From: a virus
Taxonomy: Duplodnaviria; Heunggongvirae; Uroviricota; Caudoviricetes
IMG/VR virus record: IMGVR_UViG_3300035210_000151
Strand: one strand, 5' to 3'
DNA: 64,000 nucleotides
Position 1 is the first letter of the stretch. Every line of letters begins with the position of its first letter. The notes below the pieces were generated by a model that was not told where the DNA came from, searched no databases, and saw only the letters and a program-made list of their open reading frames with translations. Positions 9,937 to 19,838 of the stretch are shown one piece after another. Made by a program: the position numbers and the translations under genes.

Positions 9937-11302
9937 GAAGTTTGCATTATTAGTATTACCGTTAGCGATCAGTGGTTGTTTTTCACTGAATCCTGACTAT
10001 ACAAGACCCGAAGGAGTTGTTCCGGCACAACTCCCGACAACGGGCATTTATGGACAAAACCAACCGGGTGCTATTACACAAGAACAACTCTATTGGAATA
10101 CTTATATTTTAAATCCAAAATTGAAAGAGATTGTAAAAAGCTCTCTTAACAATAACAAGGATCTTAGAATTGCAATGGCAAATATAGAATCTGCCAAAGC
10201 TCAATACGGTATTACTAAATCTGATCGAATACCTACTCTAAACGGTAGTATTTCAGGATCTAGAAATCGTGGAGCTGGTGGTATTTCAGAAGGATATGAA
10301 GCCAACTTTGGTATTTCATCGTTTGAGATTGACGCTTTTGGTCGTGTAAATAGTTTAAGTTCTGCAGCTCTTGAATCTTTCTTATCCACGAAAGAAGCTC
10401 GTAGAGTTACCGAACTTTCCATTATTTCAGAAACCATGAAAGCCTATTTTAATATCGGACTTGCTAAGAGCTACTTAGCCATTGCTAAAAAGACTGAAAC
10501 AGCCACTTATGATAGCTTACAGATTATTAGTAAGCGTGTTGCAGTGGGTGTAGCTAACGCAAAAGACCTTAGTGATGTTGAAAGCGTCTATTTCAGAGCA
10601 CAATCTGATGTATTCAACTACCAAACACAAGTCGAACAAAGTATCAATGCTTTGGCTGTTTTAGTAGGTTCTAATGTGGATGAGAAGTTATTGCCAGAAG
10701 GTATCGTTGAATTGACTGATGGTATTAAAGATTTAAACATTGCCGTTGAATCCGATGTTCTCTATCAGCGTCCAGACGTATTGATGGCTGAACACCAATT
10801 GTTAGCAGCTAATGCAAATATTGGAGCCGCAAGAGCAGCGTTCTTCCCTAGAATAACGTTAACGACTTCGGCGGGTGTGGCAAGCTCTGATTTAACGTCA
10901 TTGTTTAGTAACACATTCAGAGTGTGGAATTTTTCACCAAGTATCAATATTCCAATTTTTGATTATGGAAGAACTGTCAACAACTTGAAATATTCAGAAG
11001 CTCAAAAAGATAAATATGTTGCTACCTATGAAAAGACTGTTCAAACTGCATTCAGAGAAGTTTCTGATGTCTTAGCTCGTAAAGGGACAATAGACAACCA
11101 GATCACATCTTATGGTAAGTTTGTTAATGCTAACCGAAACAGCTTCGATTTAGCCACTAAATCGTATGATGCTGGTGTGAGTGATTACCTCTCGGTATTG
11201 ACGGCTCAGAATAATCTTTATGATGCCGAAAAATCTTCACTCTCGTTAATGAAAGAGAAGTTTGATAACAAAGTTGATTTGTATAAAGTCATCGGTTTCT
11301 AA
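9929..11302 (+). CDS. outer-membrane efflux channel lipoprotein (OprM/NodT family)
   Basis: lipobox ISGC then LNPDYTRP; RPDVLMAEHQLLAANANIGAARAAFFPRITLT; start at MYKKF overlaps the acrB stop. Confidence 0.93.
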   Translation: MYKKFALLVLPLAISGCFSLNPDYTRPEGVVPAQLPTTGIYGQNQPGAITQEQLYWNTYILNPKLKEIVKSSLNNNKDLRIAMANIESAKAQYGITKSDRIPTLNGSISGSRNRGAGGISEGYEANFGISSFEIDAFGRVNSLSSAALESFLSTKEARRVTELSIISETMKAYFNIGLAKSYLAIAKKTETATYDSLQIISKRVAVGVANAKDLSDVESVYFRAQSDVFNYQTQVEQSINALAVLVGSNVDEKLLPEGIVELTDGIKDLNIAVESDVLYQRPDVLMAEHQLLAANANIGAARAAFFPRITLTTSAGVASSDLTSLFSNTFRVWNFSPSINIPIFDYGRTVNNLKYSEAQKDKYVATYEKTVQTAFREVSDVLARKGTIDNQITSYGKFVNANRNSFDLATKSYDAGVSDYLSVLTAQNNLYDAEKSSLSLMKEKFDNKVDLYKVIGF

Positions 11303-11320
11303 CGGTAAATTTTTTATATT

Positions 11321-11347
11321 AAAATACCAATTCGTTGGTATTTTTTT
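11321..11347 (+). terminator. Rho-independent terminator
   Basis: AAAATACCAA-TTCG-TTGGTATTTT plus T tract. Confidence 0.8.
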
Positions 11348-11474
11348 ATTTATTAATTTTAAATTTTTTTTTTAAAACAAAAGATTGAATTTATCAAGTA
11401 TTTAAAGATTTTAATATCATTGACAGAAACCATGTTTCAGGTTTAAATATTAGGATAATTTTATAGGTGTAGTA

Positions 11475-14246
11475 ATGACAAATAATAATGATCAAATAAC
11501 AAATAATAATGATGAACAATTGCTCATAGATAAATTTCTTTCATTTTTTTATGATTTTTTAAGATTGGGAAGTGATGGAACTCTTCGATTTAATGATTTT
11601 ATGATGGTTCTTGCTGAGAGACATGCTGGCGTATATGATTCGATATTGCTTGATCCTAATAAGATCACTCACCTTTCTAATTTAGCATTGATAGAAAAGC
11701 ATTACCAAAATCAATTTTTAGATGATAATATTACAAAAGAAATTGGTATAAAGAATCTTAAATACAAATTAAGTATTATTTCTTACATGACAATAATGTG
11801 CAGGCATTTACGTGTTCCACTTAGTCCACAAGAGCGATCTGCTTATTTTGATTACTTGCTCCACAAAAGTGATCAGCATCGTGATTTTCAGCGTTTTGTG
11901 GCTTCTCAACCCACAGTTGATATTGAAAATTTAGAATATTATTTTGTAGTTCGCCATATTACTGTATTATCTGGTAATTTTTCTATTTATCATAAAGAAC
12001 TTTATGATATTTGCAATCAAGCTATAATGGGTGATGAATTACCTGTTTTAGACTATAAAAAAAATGATGAGTCATCATCATTAACTGAACCTACTTCGGT
12101 TGATCTTGTTAATTGTTTCGAGTCTATTACTGACATTTATTACATTTTAAAATTAATGACTAAAAAAGATTTAACAGAAGAACAATTTTATACCAATGTA
12201 AAAAAAATAGATTATAGTTTGGTGTCTAATTATGATTACAAGCTATTGTTATATAAAGCAGTCAAATATTTTGATAGCCGATCACTTTCATATCTTTTAA
12301 CAATTAATAATAAATCATGTAATTTCGCTGATCTCATTCAACATATGATATCATACATTGAAGATGAATCTCTGTTAATTAAGAATACGAATATTCTTTT
12401 AGAACATATGGATATTGATTTCTGTTATCAAACCATAGAAAGTTACCAAGTTGAATCAATGTCCATCTTTGAAAAAATTTGTGAAGATAAACGATTTTTT
12501 TTGTGGGAATCTTTTCTTAAAAAAAGCATTGATGTAAGTCGAATCCCTAATATTGATAATTTTTTAGAATTTTCTTTTGCAACTTTAGAGATTGATGACG
12601 CAATAGAAATTTTTAAATTAGTCAGTGAATATGCACTCAGTAAACCTAGGCTTATTTATAGATTTTGTTATAAGTTTATGTATGACAAGCTTAATCTTTC
12701 AATATCGGCAGAACAAATAAAGAATGCACATGAATTTTTCAAAATGATGAATTTAAATATTTTTTCTACTGTTGACGACAAAGGTGTAATGTTAATCCAT
12801 AATTTTTTAAAGGGTAATTTTTTAAGTGAAGCACATAAAGATTATGTTGATAGATTGTTAGATTACTTTTTTGAACAGAAGCCCTCTGCTAATTATTGGC
12901 ATCATACTCATGATAGTGTAGGCAATAATTTTGTTCATTTGTTAACGTATTCAGTAGACTTTATGCACTTTGCCCATCAGTTAATTAAACAAAGAGAACT
13001 TTTAGAATTATTTTTTACTCCAGACTTACAAGGTAAAAGGCCAGTTGATTTTGTTTTAAAAACAGTTAAAAAAGGTTTGGTTCCTTATATCTTGGGTATT
13101 TTAAATATTCTTATCAATAAAGAAGATCCTTTATTCAATGATTTTACAGTGCTCCTTGATGGCTTTGTTACTGATGACCCTATTTATTCTGATGTTAAGA
13201 AAGCTATGGTTGATTTTGAAGGTGATAGTTTCAGTAAAATTGTAAAAGCACTGAACACTAAATTTCCAGCCAGTAATGATTTTGTTATGTATGATGTTTA
13301 TACAAAAGAAAATGTTGAAAAATTCGAAATTTATGTAGGCGAAATGCTTCCACCCGATAGTACAGTTAAACCTTGGGTTAACAAGCTAAAAACAATATCA
13401 GGATCAAAGAAGTTGATGTTTAGCACACAGTTAAAGAAAAATTTAGCTGAATTAAGAAGAACGTTCCCGAATTTTAAAGAGTTTATTGACCATGTAGAAA
13501 GCTATATTTATCTTAATGATATGGGAGATGGCTATTTCTGGATACCTGCATCGTTGCTGGTCAGTGCTCCGGGTATTGGTAAAACATTCTTCTTACATTG
13601 TCTTTCAAAGGCCGTTGGTGTTTCTTATGATATGATTAGTATGGAATCTGTTACTGCAGGATTTGTTTTGGTTGGATCATCTCAACAGTGGTCAGGTGGT
13701 CAACCGGGATTAGTATTCCAGAATGTGTTTAAATCAGAATATGCCAACAATATCCTTATTTTAGATGAGGTCGATAAGACGACAAGTAGTAATTATCCAG
13801 TAGAAGCTGTTTTGTTACCATTATTAGAAACGCATACAGCACAAAAGTTTAAAGATGAGTTTGTTAATCTTCCAATGGACATTAGTAAGATGATATGGGT
13901 CGCTACAGCTAACAGGCTTGATCAAATATCAGATCCTATTAAAAGTAGATTCCAAGTGTTTAACATTCCAAGTCCTAATTTTGAAGAGCGTATGATATTA
14001 ACACAAGCTATCTATCATTCATTACTTCAATCTAATGCATGGGGTAAGAAATTTGAAAAAGAAATATCTCGTGAGATTTTATCTGAGCTTTCAAAAGATA
14101 AGAATTCAAGCAGAGACTTACGAAAAACTATTTCAGATGCTTGTGGCCGAGCGGCGAAAAGACAAGACAATAAAATCATATTTGAAGATTTGAATATTCT
14201 ACGAACAAATAAAGAAACTTTACCATGGGACAAAAAACATGACTAA
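11475..14246 (+). CDS. Lon-type AAA+ ATPase without protease domain; long helical/ankyrin-like N-terminus
   Basis: SAPGIGKT, ILILDEVDK, LLPLLE...FKDEF..LPMDISKMIWVATAN; ends ~100 aa after the AAA core; DSVGNNFVHLL and DLQGKRPVDF are ankyrin-like. Confidence 0.8.
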   Translation: MTNNNDQITNNNDEQLLIDKFLSFFYDFLRLGSDGTLRFNDFMMVLAERHAGVYDSILLDPNKITHLSNLALIEKHYQNQFLDDNITKEIGIKNLKYKLSIISYMTIMCRHLRVPLSPQERSAYFDYLLHKSDQHRDFQRFVASQPTVDIENLEYYFVVRHITVLSGNFSIYHKELYDICNQAIMGDELPVLDYKKNDESSSLTEPTSVDLVNCFESITDIYYILKLMTKKDLTEEQFYTNVKKIDYSLVSNYDYKLLLYKAVKYFDSRSLSYLLTINNKSCNFADLIQHMISYIEDESLLIKNTNILLEHMDIDFCYQTIESYQVESMSIFEKICEDKRFFLWESFLKKSIDVSRIPNIDNFLEFSFATLEIDDAIEIFKLVSEYALSKPRLIYRFCYKFMYDKLNLSISAEQIKNAHEFFKMMNLNIFSTVDDKGVMLIHNFLKGNFLSEAHKDYVDRLLDYFFEQKPSANYWHHTHDSVGNNFVHLLTYSVDFMHFAHQLIKQRELLELFFTPDLQGKRPVDFVLKTVKKGLVPYILGILNILINKEDPLFNDFTVLLDGFVTDDPIYSDVKKAMVDFEGDSFSKIVKALNTKFPASNDFVMYDVYTKENVEKFEIYVGEMLPPDSTVKPWVNKLKTISGSKKLMFSTQLKKNLAELRRTFPNFKEFIDHVESYIYLNDMGDGYFWIPASLLVSAPGIGKTFFLHCLSKAVGVSYDMISMESVTAGFVLVGSSQQWSGGQPGLVFQNVFKSEYANNILILDEVDKTTSSNYPVEAVLLPLLETHTAQKFKDEFVNLPMDISKMIWVATANRLDQISDPIKSRFQVFNIPSPNFEERMILTQAIYHSLLQSNAWGKKFEKEISREILSELSKDKNSSRDLRKTISDACGRAAKRQDNKIIFEDLNILRTNKETLPWDKKHD

Positions 14247-17088
14247 CACAATCGCATTATTATTACCAGAAAAAGGCCGTCCTTTATTTGCTGGTAAAAC
14301 ATTACTTGAACGCATTCAATTTAACACACAGTACAATCGTTATTCGGAAGCTTATTTCATTAAAAAAGAAGAAATAAGGGCCAACATCATTGCATTGAAA
14401 ACATTTGCAAGTATATTATTGACGTTAAATGCTCAACGTATAAAAAAAGATAAAGAAATTTATGATTTATTAATTGATTTTCCATTGTTCTTGGATCAAG
14501 AATTTGTTCATAATTGGGAAAATGAAAAACCTTGGAAAAAATATCGTTTAGAGTCACATGTTTTAAATGGGTATGAAGATATTATTAATGGTCAATCACC
14601 TTCATTGGCATACTCTCCTAGCGAGTCTGGTTATTCAAATCGTGTGTGGGAACAATTTTTTATTAATTCTGATGCCAATGTTATTATTGATATTATTCAA
14701 AAGTCTATTGTTTCATTAGAGAACTATTTAAGTGAAAGAGAAGATAAAGAAGTTTCAGTTCTTGAAAAAAACATTTATCAATTGAAAGAAACTTTTTCTT
14801 TATGTGATGAAGATGTTTTTACCTTGTATTGGACAAATACTCTTTTTGATTCTAATTTAAGTCATGTTAATAAAGTTTGGGTACATGCTCTAGAACTCTT
14901 TCAGTATAACACCCAATTGTTTTTTAATCTTATAGAATCCCGTATGGGAGTTCCAGACAATACAATGCTTTATCGTTTAACCGCTAAAAAACCATTAGTT
15001 AGCTTGTTTTTTTACGAATCACTATCAATTACTAATAAGCCTCATGATATCTTGAAAGAGAACCAACCACAGAACTGGTCAACTGTTTGGAATAATATTG
15101 CAACCGATTTACTTAAAGATAATATTAGAATAGATTTTAGTTTAGAACATAAAACAATTCTTGATAATCTAATTCATTTAGAGCAAAGCGAGAAACTTCC
15201 ATTAGAATCTTGGGACTATCTAAATGGTATTTTGAATATTTGGAAGGCTCAACTGGGCGAAGGGAACACTAAAATATTATTTCATGGACTTAAAGGTTGT
15301 GGAAAAACATCACTAGCACTTAGTTTACTTAAAACTTTAAATTTTGAAGTTTATTCTCCAGTAAAAGATGATATAGAACATCTTGTTAGAAGTGTTATAT
15401 TTACCAATTATCTTCCCAAGTCAGCTTTAATTATTGAAGGCCATAAGGAGTTTTTGAAGGAATCAAAATTTTTAGAATACTGTAAATCTAATTTAATTTA
15501 TAATGTCGAAAATATCACTGATATTCCAAAAGATATTCTGGATCATTTTGATTATGTTTACGATTTGTCAGACATTCCTTTTGATGTTAGATTAGCCTAT
15601 TCAAAAACATTATTCGAAAATTCTAATTTGGCGATAAAAATTGCTCAACAACTGAAAACTTTTGGCAGTATTAAGAAAGCATCTTCACTGGTGAGTAATG
15701 AAACAGATTGGAAAACTATTTATCCACATGTTAATATTGAAAAAGGTAAAATAGGTGAATATTTTCATGTTCTCGATCATAATAGTTTTAAAGATATTCC
15801 TGTTTTAGCAGGTTATGATACACTATATGATACTTTCAATAACATATTGGATCTTTTTGAGAACCCCCACAAATATGAACAGTTCTCAGCAAAAGTTCCG
15901 AAAGGCTTATTAATTGAAGGTGCTCCGGGTACTGGTAAAACTTTATTTGTGAAACATATTGCTAAGAAAACACAATTACCATTAATTGTAGCTAACAGTC
16001 CACAATTGGCTAATAATCTCGACGGTGTTGCAGAAATTTTCAACTTTGCACGTATGTCAGCTCCTTGTATTTTATTTTTTGATGAAATTGATACTTTACT
16101 TATCAATCCTGACACACCTTTTGGTAAGGATAGTAGAAAACAGCAATTGTTGAATACGATGCTTTCAGAAATTGATGGCATTAAAAGTTTAACAGGTGTA
16201 CTCATTGTTGGAACAACGAATTATTATCACCAAATTAGTCCAATAGCCTTAAGATCAGGACGACTTTCAGAGACTGTTTCTATATCTGTGCCTAACAGTA
16301 AAGATCGATCCGCTATATGGGAATCGTATCTTTCCTCTAAGCCTACAGAAAACATAGACTACACTAATTTGGCTAAAATGTCAGGTGGATTTAGTGGTGC
16401 TGACATTGCAGAGGCTGCAAATCAATCAGCTTTATTGGCGGCATATGAGAACTCAAATGTTATCAGTTTAAAGCATATTAACAAAGCGTGTGAAATTATT
16501 ACATTAGGTCGTCCAAATCATCAGTTATTTGTTGATCCATTAGCCATGAACAAAACAGCAGTCCATGAAGTGGGACACGCTCTTATGGCAATCCATCATG
16601 GAGTAGAAGTCAATAGAGTCACCATTGTTCCAAGGCAAGGTGCGTTAGGCGTAACGTCTACTCTAGAAAAAGAAGGATTCTATTGTTTTTCAAAGGATGA
16701 TTTAAAAAACAAAATATCAATATTCCTTGGTGGCATTATCGCTGAACAAGTCATTTTTGGTTCATTTGAATCAGGAGGTTCAAGTGATTTAGACGTTATA
16801 TACAAAAAGATTTACCAAGCGTATTCAAAATTGGGTTTCAGTGATATTATTGGCCCGATAGGGAGTGATATTAATAATTGGTCTGAGCACAGGAAAATAC
16901 AAATTGAAAAAGAGTCTACTGATTTAGTTAATCTTATTTTCAAAAAAACCTTAGACTTATTGACAGCCTATAAGCCGCTTATTGATAGTTTTTCAAAAGA
17001 ATTATTAGAACATAAAAGTTTATCTATTGAAGATATAACTCATTGGAAAGAAGAATTAGATAAGTTAAAAACAATAAAAGTCTCCTAA
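14239..17088 (+). CDS. soluble FtsH-like protease: degenerate AAA + AAA + peptidase M41
   Basis: GLKGCGKT; PKGLLIEGAPGTGKT, APCILFFDEID, LRSGRL, GFSGADI; TAVHEVGHA, LGGIIAE, GGSSDL; no N-terminal TM helices. Confidence 0.88.
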   Translation: MTNTIALLLPEKGRPLFAGKTLLERIQFNTQYNRYSEAYFIKKEEIRANIIALKTFASILLTLNAQRIKKDKEIYDLLIDFPLFLDQEFVHNWENEKPWKKYRLESHVLNGYEDIINGQSPSLAYSPSESGYSNRVWEQFFINSDANVIIDIIQKSIVSLENYLSEREDKEVSVLEKNIYQLKETFSLCDEDVFTLYWTNTLFDSNLSHVNKVWVHALELFQYNTQLFFNLIESRMGVPDNTMLYRLTAKKPLVSLFFYESLSITNKPHDILKENQPQNWSTVWNNIATDLLKDNIRIDFSLEHKTILDNLIHLEQSEKLPLESWDYLNGILNIWKAQLGEGNTKILFHGLKGCGKTSLALSLLKTLNFEVYSPVKDDIEHLVRSVIFTNYLPKSALIIEGHKEFLKESKFLEYCKSNLIYNVENITDIPKDILDHFDYVYDLSDIPFDVRLAYSKTLFENSNLAIKIAQQLKTFGSIKKASSLVSNETDWKTIYPHVNIEKGKIGEYFHVLDHNSFKDIPVLAGYDTLYDTFNNILDLFENPHKYEQFSAKVPKGLLIEGAPGTGKTLFVKHIAKKTQLPLIVANSPQLANNLDGVAEIFNFARMSAPCILFFDEIDTLLINPDTPFGKDSRKQQLLNTMLSEIDGIKSLTGVLIVGTTNYYHQISPIALRSGRLSETVSISVPNSKDRSAIWESYLSSKPTENIDYTNLAKMSGGFSGADIAEAANQSALLAAYENSNVISLKHINKACEIITLGRPNHQLFVDPLAMNKTAVHEVGHALMAIHHGVEVNRVTIVPRQGALGVTSTLEKEGFYCFSKDDLKNKISIFLGGIIAEQVIFGSFESGGSSDLDVIYKKIYQAYSKLGFSDIIGPIGSDINNWSEHRKIQIEKESTDLVNLIFKKTLDLLTAYKPLIDSFSKELLEHKSLSIEDITHWKEELDKLKTIKVS

Positions 17089-17099
17089 GAGACTTTTTT
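17076..17099. terminator. bidirectional terminator between convergent genes
   Basis: AAAAGTCTC-CTAA-GAGACTTTTTT. Confidence 0.7.
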
Positions 17100-17103
17100 G
17101 TTT

Positions 17104-17571
17104 TCAAGCACCCGTTACTCGGGATTGACCATTTACACTCATGACTCTAATACGTTGCCCTACACTGAATCGTTCGTTGGTTTGAACTTGTTGAACTACT
17201 GAGCGTATTGCTCCACTGTCTAAGCGAAAAGTGATCTCAACACCATTACTTTTTGTAAGAAGATTTTCACCTGCAGCACCTAATAGACCACCACCAACTG
17301 CACCAATGATTGTGGTGATTATTGCCCCCTTACCACCGCCGATAGTGCTACCTGCCACACCGCCTAAACCCGCACCAGCAATAGCACCAATAGGTGTTTT
17401 AGTGCCTTCGATTTGAACAGGTCTTAAAGATGTAATGGTACCATACATTACGGTTTGAACAGCTCTTGCGTCTTCTCTTGAATAGGTGTCACCACCTAGA
17501 TTAGATACACAACCACTTAACGCAGTTGAAAGAGCAAGAAGAACAGCTAAACTTAGTTTGTTGAATGTCAT
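17104..17571 (-). CDS. slyB: outer-membrane lipoprotein SlyB/Pcp (glycine zipper 2TM)
   Basis: lipobox LSGC; GDTYSREDARAVQTV..GTI.SLRPVQIEGTKTPIG; glycine zipper; GVEIT.R.D.G. Confidence 0.9.
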   Translation of the reverse strand: MTFNKLSLAVLLALSTALSGCVSNLGGDTYSREDARAVQTVMYGTITSLRPVQIEGTKTPIGAIAGAGLGGVAGSTIGGGKGAIITTIIGAVGGGLLGAAGENLLTKSNGVEITFRLDSGAIRSVVQQVQTNERFSVGQRIRVMSVNGQSRVTGA

Positions 17572-17748
17572 AAATCACCTCATTAGTTTAATTGTTTAAT
17601 AATCATTTATTGACGAATCAATAAATGCTATTGTATTTGTTAATTGATTATATATTAAAAAAGATAAAAATCAATACAGACAACTTCAACTATTTCTTGC
17701 ACATTAGTTTCTATTGTTGTACAATAACCCATATTTTGGAGTTTTTAC

Positions 17749-18378
17749 ATGTTAAAACCAACAACCGTTGACGATCTCAATAAAATTTATCCACAGTATT
17801 CTTTTGTTAAGGAAGGTGGTAGTATTTATTGCTACGATGATGATCACTCTATTATTAAAGTAGCTGAGTGTGGTTATACGGATTATTTTGCTTTCTTCTC
17901 GATGACACACAAAATTTCACCTGAGCACTTTAAAGAAATTCAGACAGCCATTAAGCAAGTGCTTTCAGCTTATATCTTTTTTTGTTATCCTTTTTTTGAA
18001 GTTCAACGCCGACAGCTTTATCTCTATATGCTACAAAACCTTTATTGCAATAGAATGGTGATGAGCCAGCAGCTTGTTATTAATTATGTCACTAAATTCC
18101 ATGATGACACTATTTACTGGTCGCCAGAGATACAGATGGGTAATGATAATTTTTACTTACATTTAACTAACTATAACCAGATAAATGAATTCAATATCAC
18201 TATCACCGATCCGGTGGGTAGACTATTGAGTATTTCGATTACCGTTGATGAGATTAACAATAAACACAGTAAGCTCACTCACTTCTTTTTTGATACCATG
18301 TTACAACCTTATCTGGGTATTGAAGCGGGTGAACTTACGATGGATCATTTCAAAGTTATTGAGATGATGGTGGTTTAA
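17749..18378 (+). CDS. hypothetical protein with MxxI-type C-terminal tail
   Basis: ends ELTMDHFKVIEMMVV*. Confidence 0.8.
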   Translation: MLKPTTVDDLNKIYPQYSFVKEGGSIYCYDDDHSIIKVAECGYTDYFAFFSMTHKISPEHFKEIQTAIKQVLSAYIFFCYPFFEVQRRQLYLYMLQNLYCNRMVMSQQLVINYVTKFHDDTIYWSPEIQMGNDNFYLHLTNYNQINEFNITITDPVGRLLSISITVDEINNKHSKLTHFFFDTMLQPYLGIEAGELTMDHFKVIEMMVV

Positions 18379-19026
18379 ATGAATAGTAAATTGAATTTTT
18401 TGAAAAAGTTCCTAAAAAGCTCTCAATCTTTATTGTTGTTTAGCACGATTGTCTTTTATTTTTTTTCTATGAACTATCCAATTTATGAGAATACTGCTTT
18501 CAGAGTTCTAAACAATCTTAGCCTATTTTTAAGCATTTCATCTTTGATTATATTATTTCGAAAGGCTTTTATTAATTCATTGGCAATTAATATTACTTTT
18601 ATTGTATTTACATTTTTATTCTATGTTAATAGTTATTTTAAAATTATGGATACACATCTGTTTAATGTTTTTTACTTTTTTATGCTGGGTGTTAGTAATT
18701 TATTTATGAACCTGAAAGCCTTATTGTTCATTGTTGAAGCCTATAAAATTGAAGACGCAGAAAGGTTTCCAGTTTTCGATTGTATTGAATTGGATGCCTT
18801 TTTGTCTGATGACGATTTAATTTATTATACGCATGATCCTTATGCTCGTGAATTTGTTAAATTTAAAATCTATTACAGTAATTTTTATGCCTATGCTGGC
18901 AATATCTACTATGGTGGGCGAAACTATGATTTTTGGGATGTTAATAAATATATTCAAGAACAAAATATAGACATGAACCAATTGTCAGAAGATGACTTTC
19001 ATTTAATAGCTATGATTAACATTTAA
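18379..19026 (+). CDS. 4-TM membrane protein, family A, MxxI tail
   Basis: four hydrophobic segments; FPVFDCIE..DPY..F.KFK.YY; ends DDFHLIAMINI*. Confidence 0.8.
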   Translation: MNSKLNFLKKFLKSSQSLLLFSTIVFYFFSMNYPIYENTAFRVLNNLSLFLSISSLIILFRKAFINSLAINITFIVFTFLFYVNSYFKIMDTHLFNVFYFFMLGVSNLFMNLKALLFIVEAYKIEDAERFPVFDCIELDAFLSDDDLIYYTHDPYAREFVKFKIYYSNFYAYAGNIYYGGRNYDFWDVNKYIQEQNIDMNQLSEDDFHLIAMINI

Positions 19027-19173
19027 AGAGGACTTATTTACTCTTTTACTCGAAAACCCTGTAGACAACTGTTCATCTTTTCGGTTATAATAGACAGTGT
19101 TTAAAACAAGCATAAGCTTGGTTAAATTAATGATTTAAGACATACCACCTTTCGTTTATTTTGAGGATTAAAA

Positions 19174-19827
19174 ATGAACATCACACTTATTACTCAATTC
19201 CTAAAAAGCACTCATTTTTTGACCATTTCTATGGTTTTACTGTTTGCTGTGTATCTTTCACTGGTTACTTTTTCTGTACCAGCCTTTTCTTCCATTGTTT
19301 TTAAAATTGGTGTTTTTGTGGTGTTGGCTATTTCAATGCTCTCATTGTATAGCTTATGTCGAAAAGCATTTATCCACTCGAAAACTGTAAGCACCGTCAT
19401 TATTGTATTGAGTTTGGTATTCTACATTAATGAGTATTTACAAATTATACCTACTATTGCAACTCAAATTGTTTACCCTTTGTTCATGGGTATTTGGAGT
19501 TTGTATCTTGCGATGAGCGTTCTCTTTTTCAAAATGGAAGAACATAAAATTGAAGACAATTCTATTTTCCCAGAATACGATTGTATATCTATTGACCCCT
19601 TTGTTGAAGCTTATGATTTTGGTCAAAATCCACGGGAACCACTAGAATATGAGTTTGAACGGTTTACGATGTTTTATAAAAAAGCTTATGCGTCAAATGG
19701 CATTCTTTATTTGGGTAAAGAGAAATGTGATTTTTTTCAAGCTATTGATTATTTTAAAGAAGCTAAATCTGAAATTAATGAAATTTCTAGTGATGATTTT
19801 AAACTGATCACTATGTTTAATATTTAA
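19174..19827 (+). CDS. 4-TM membrane protein, family A, MxxI tail
   Basis: paralog (FPEYDCIS); ends DDFKLITMFNI*. Confidence 0.8.
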   Translation: MNITLITQFLKSTHFLTISMVLLFAVYLSLVTFSVPAFSSIVFKIGVFVVLAISMLSLYSLCRKAFIHSKTVSTVIIVLSLVFYINEYLQIIPTIATQIVYPLFMGIWSLYLAMSVLFFKMEEHKIEDNSIFPEYDCISIDPFVEAYDFGQNPREPLEYEFERFTMFYKKAYASNGILYLGKEKCDFFQAIDYFKEAKSEINEISSDDFKLITMFNI

Positions 19828-19838
19828 GGATGCCTACT

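Noticed and set aside
11475-14246. Lon protease pseudogene
   Set aside because: The ORF is intact, has a non-Lon N-terminus and is coupled to the next gene; no remnant protease domain is visible downstream.
6912-16205. Antisense and alternate-frame ORFs inside the efflux and AAA genes (also e.g. 29605, 30853, 35025, 43642, 44495)
   Set aside because: They are shadow ORFs fully overlapping well-supported genes, without RBS or recognisable motifs.
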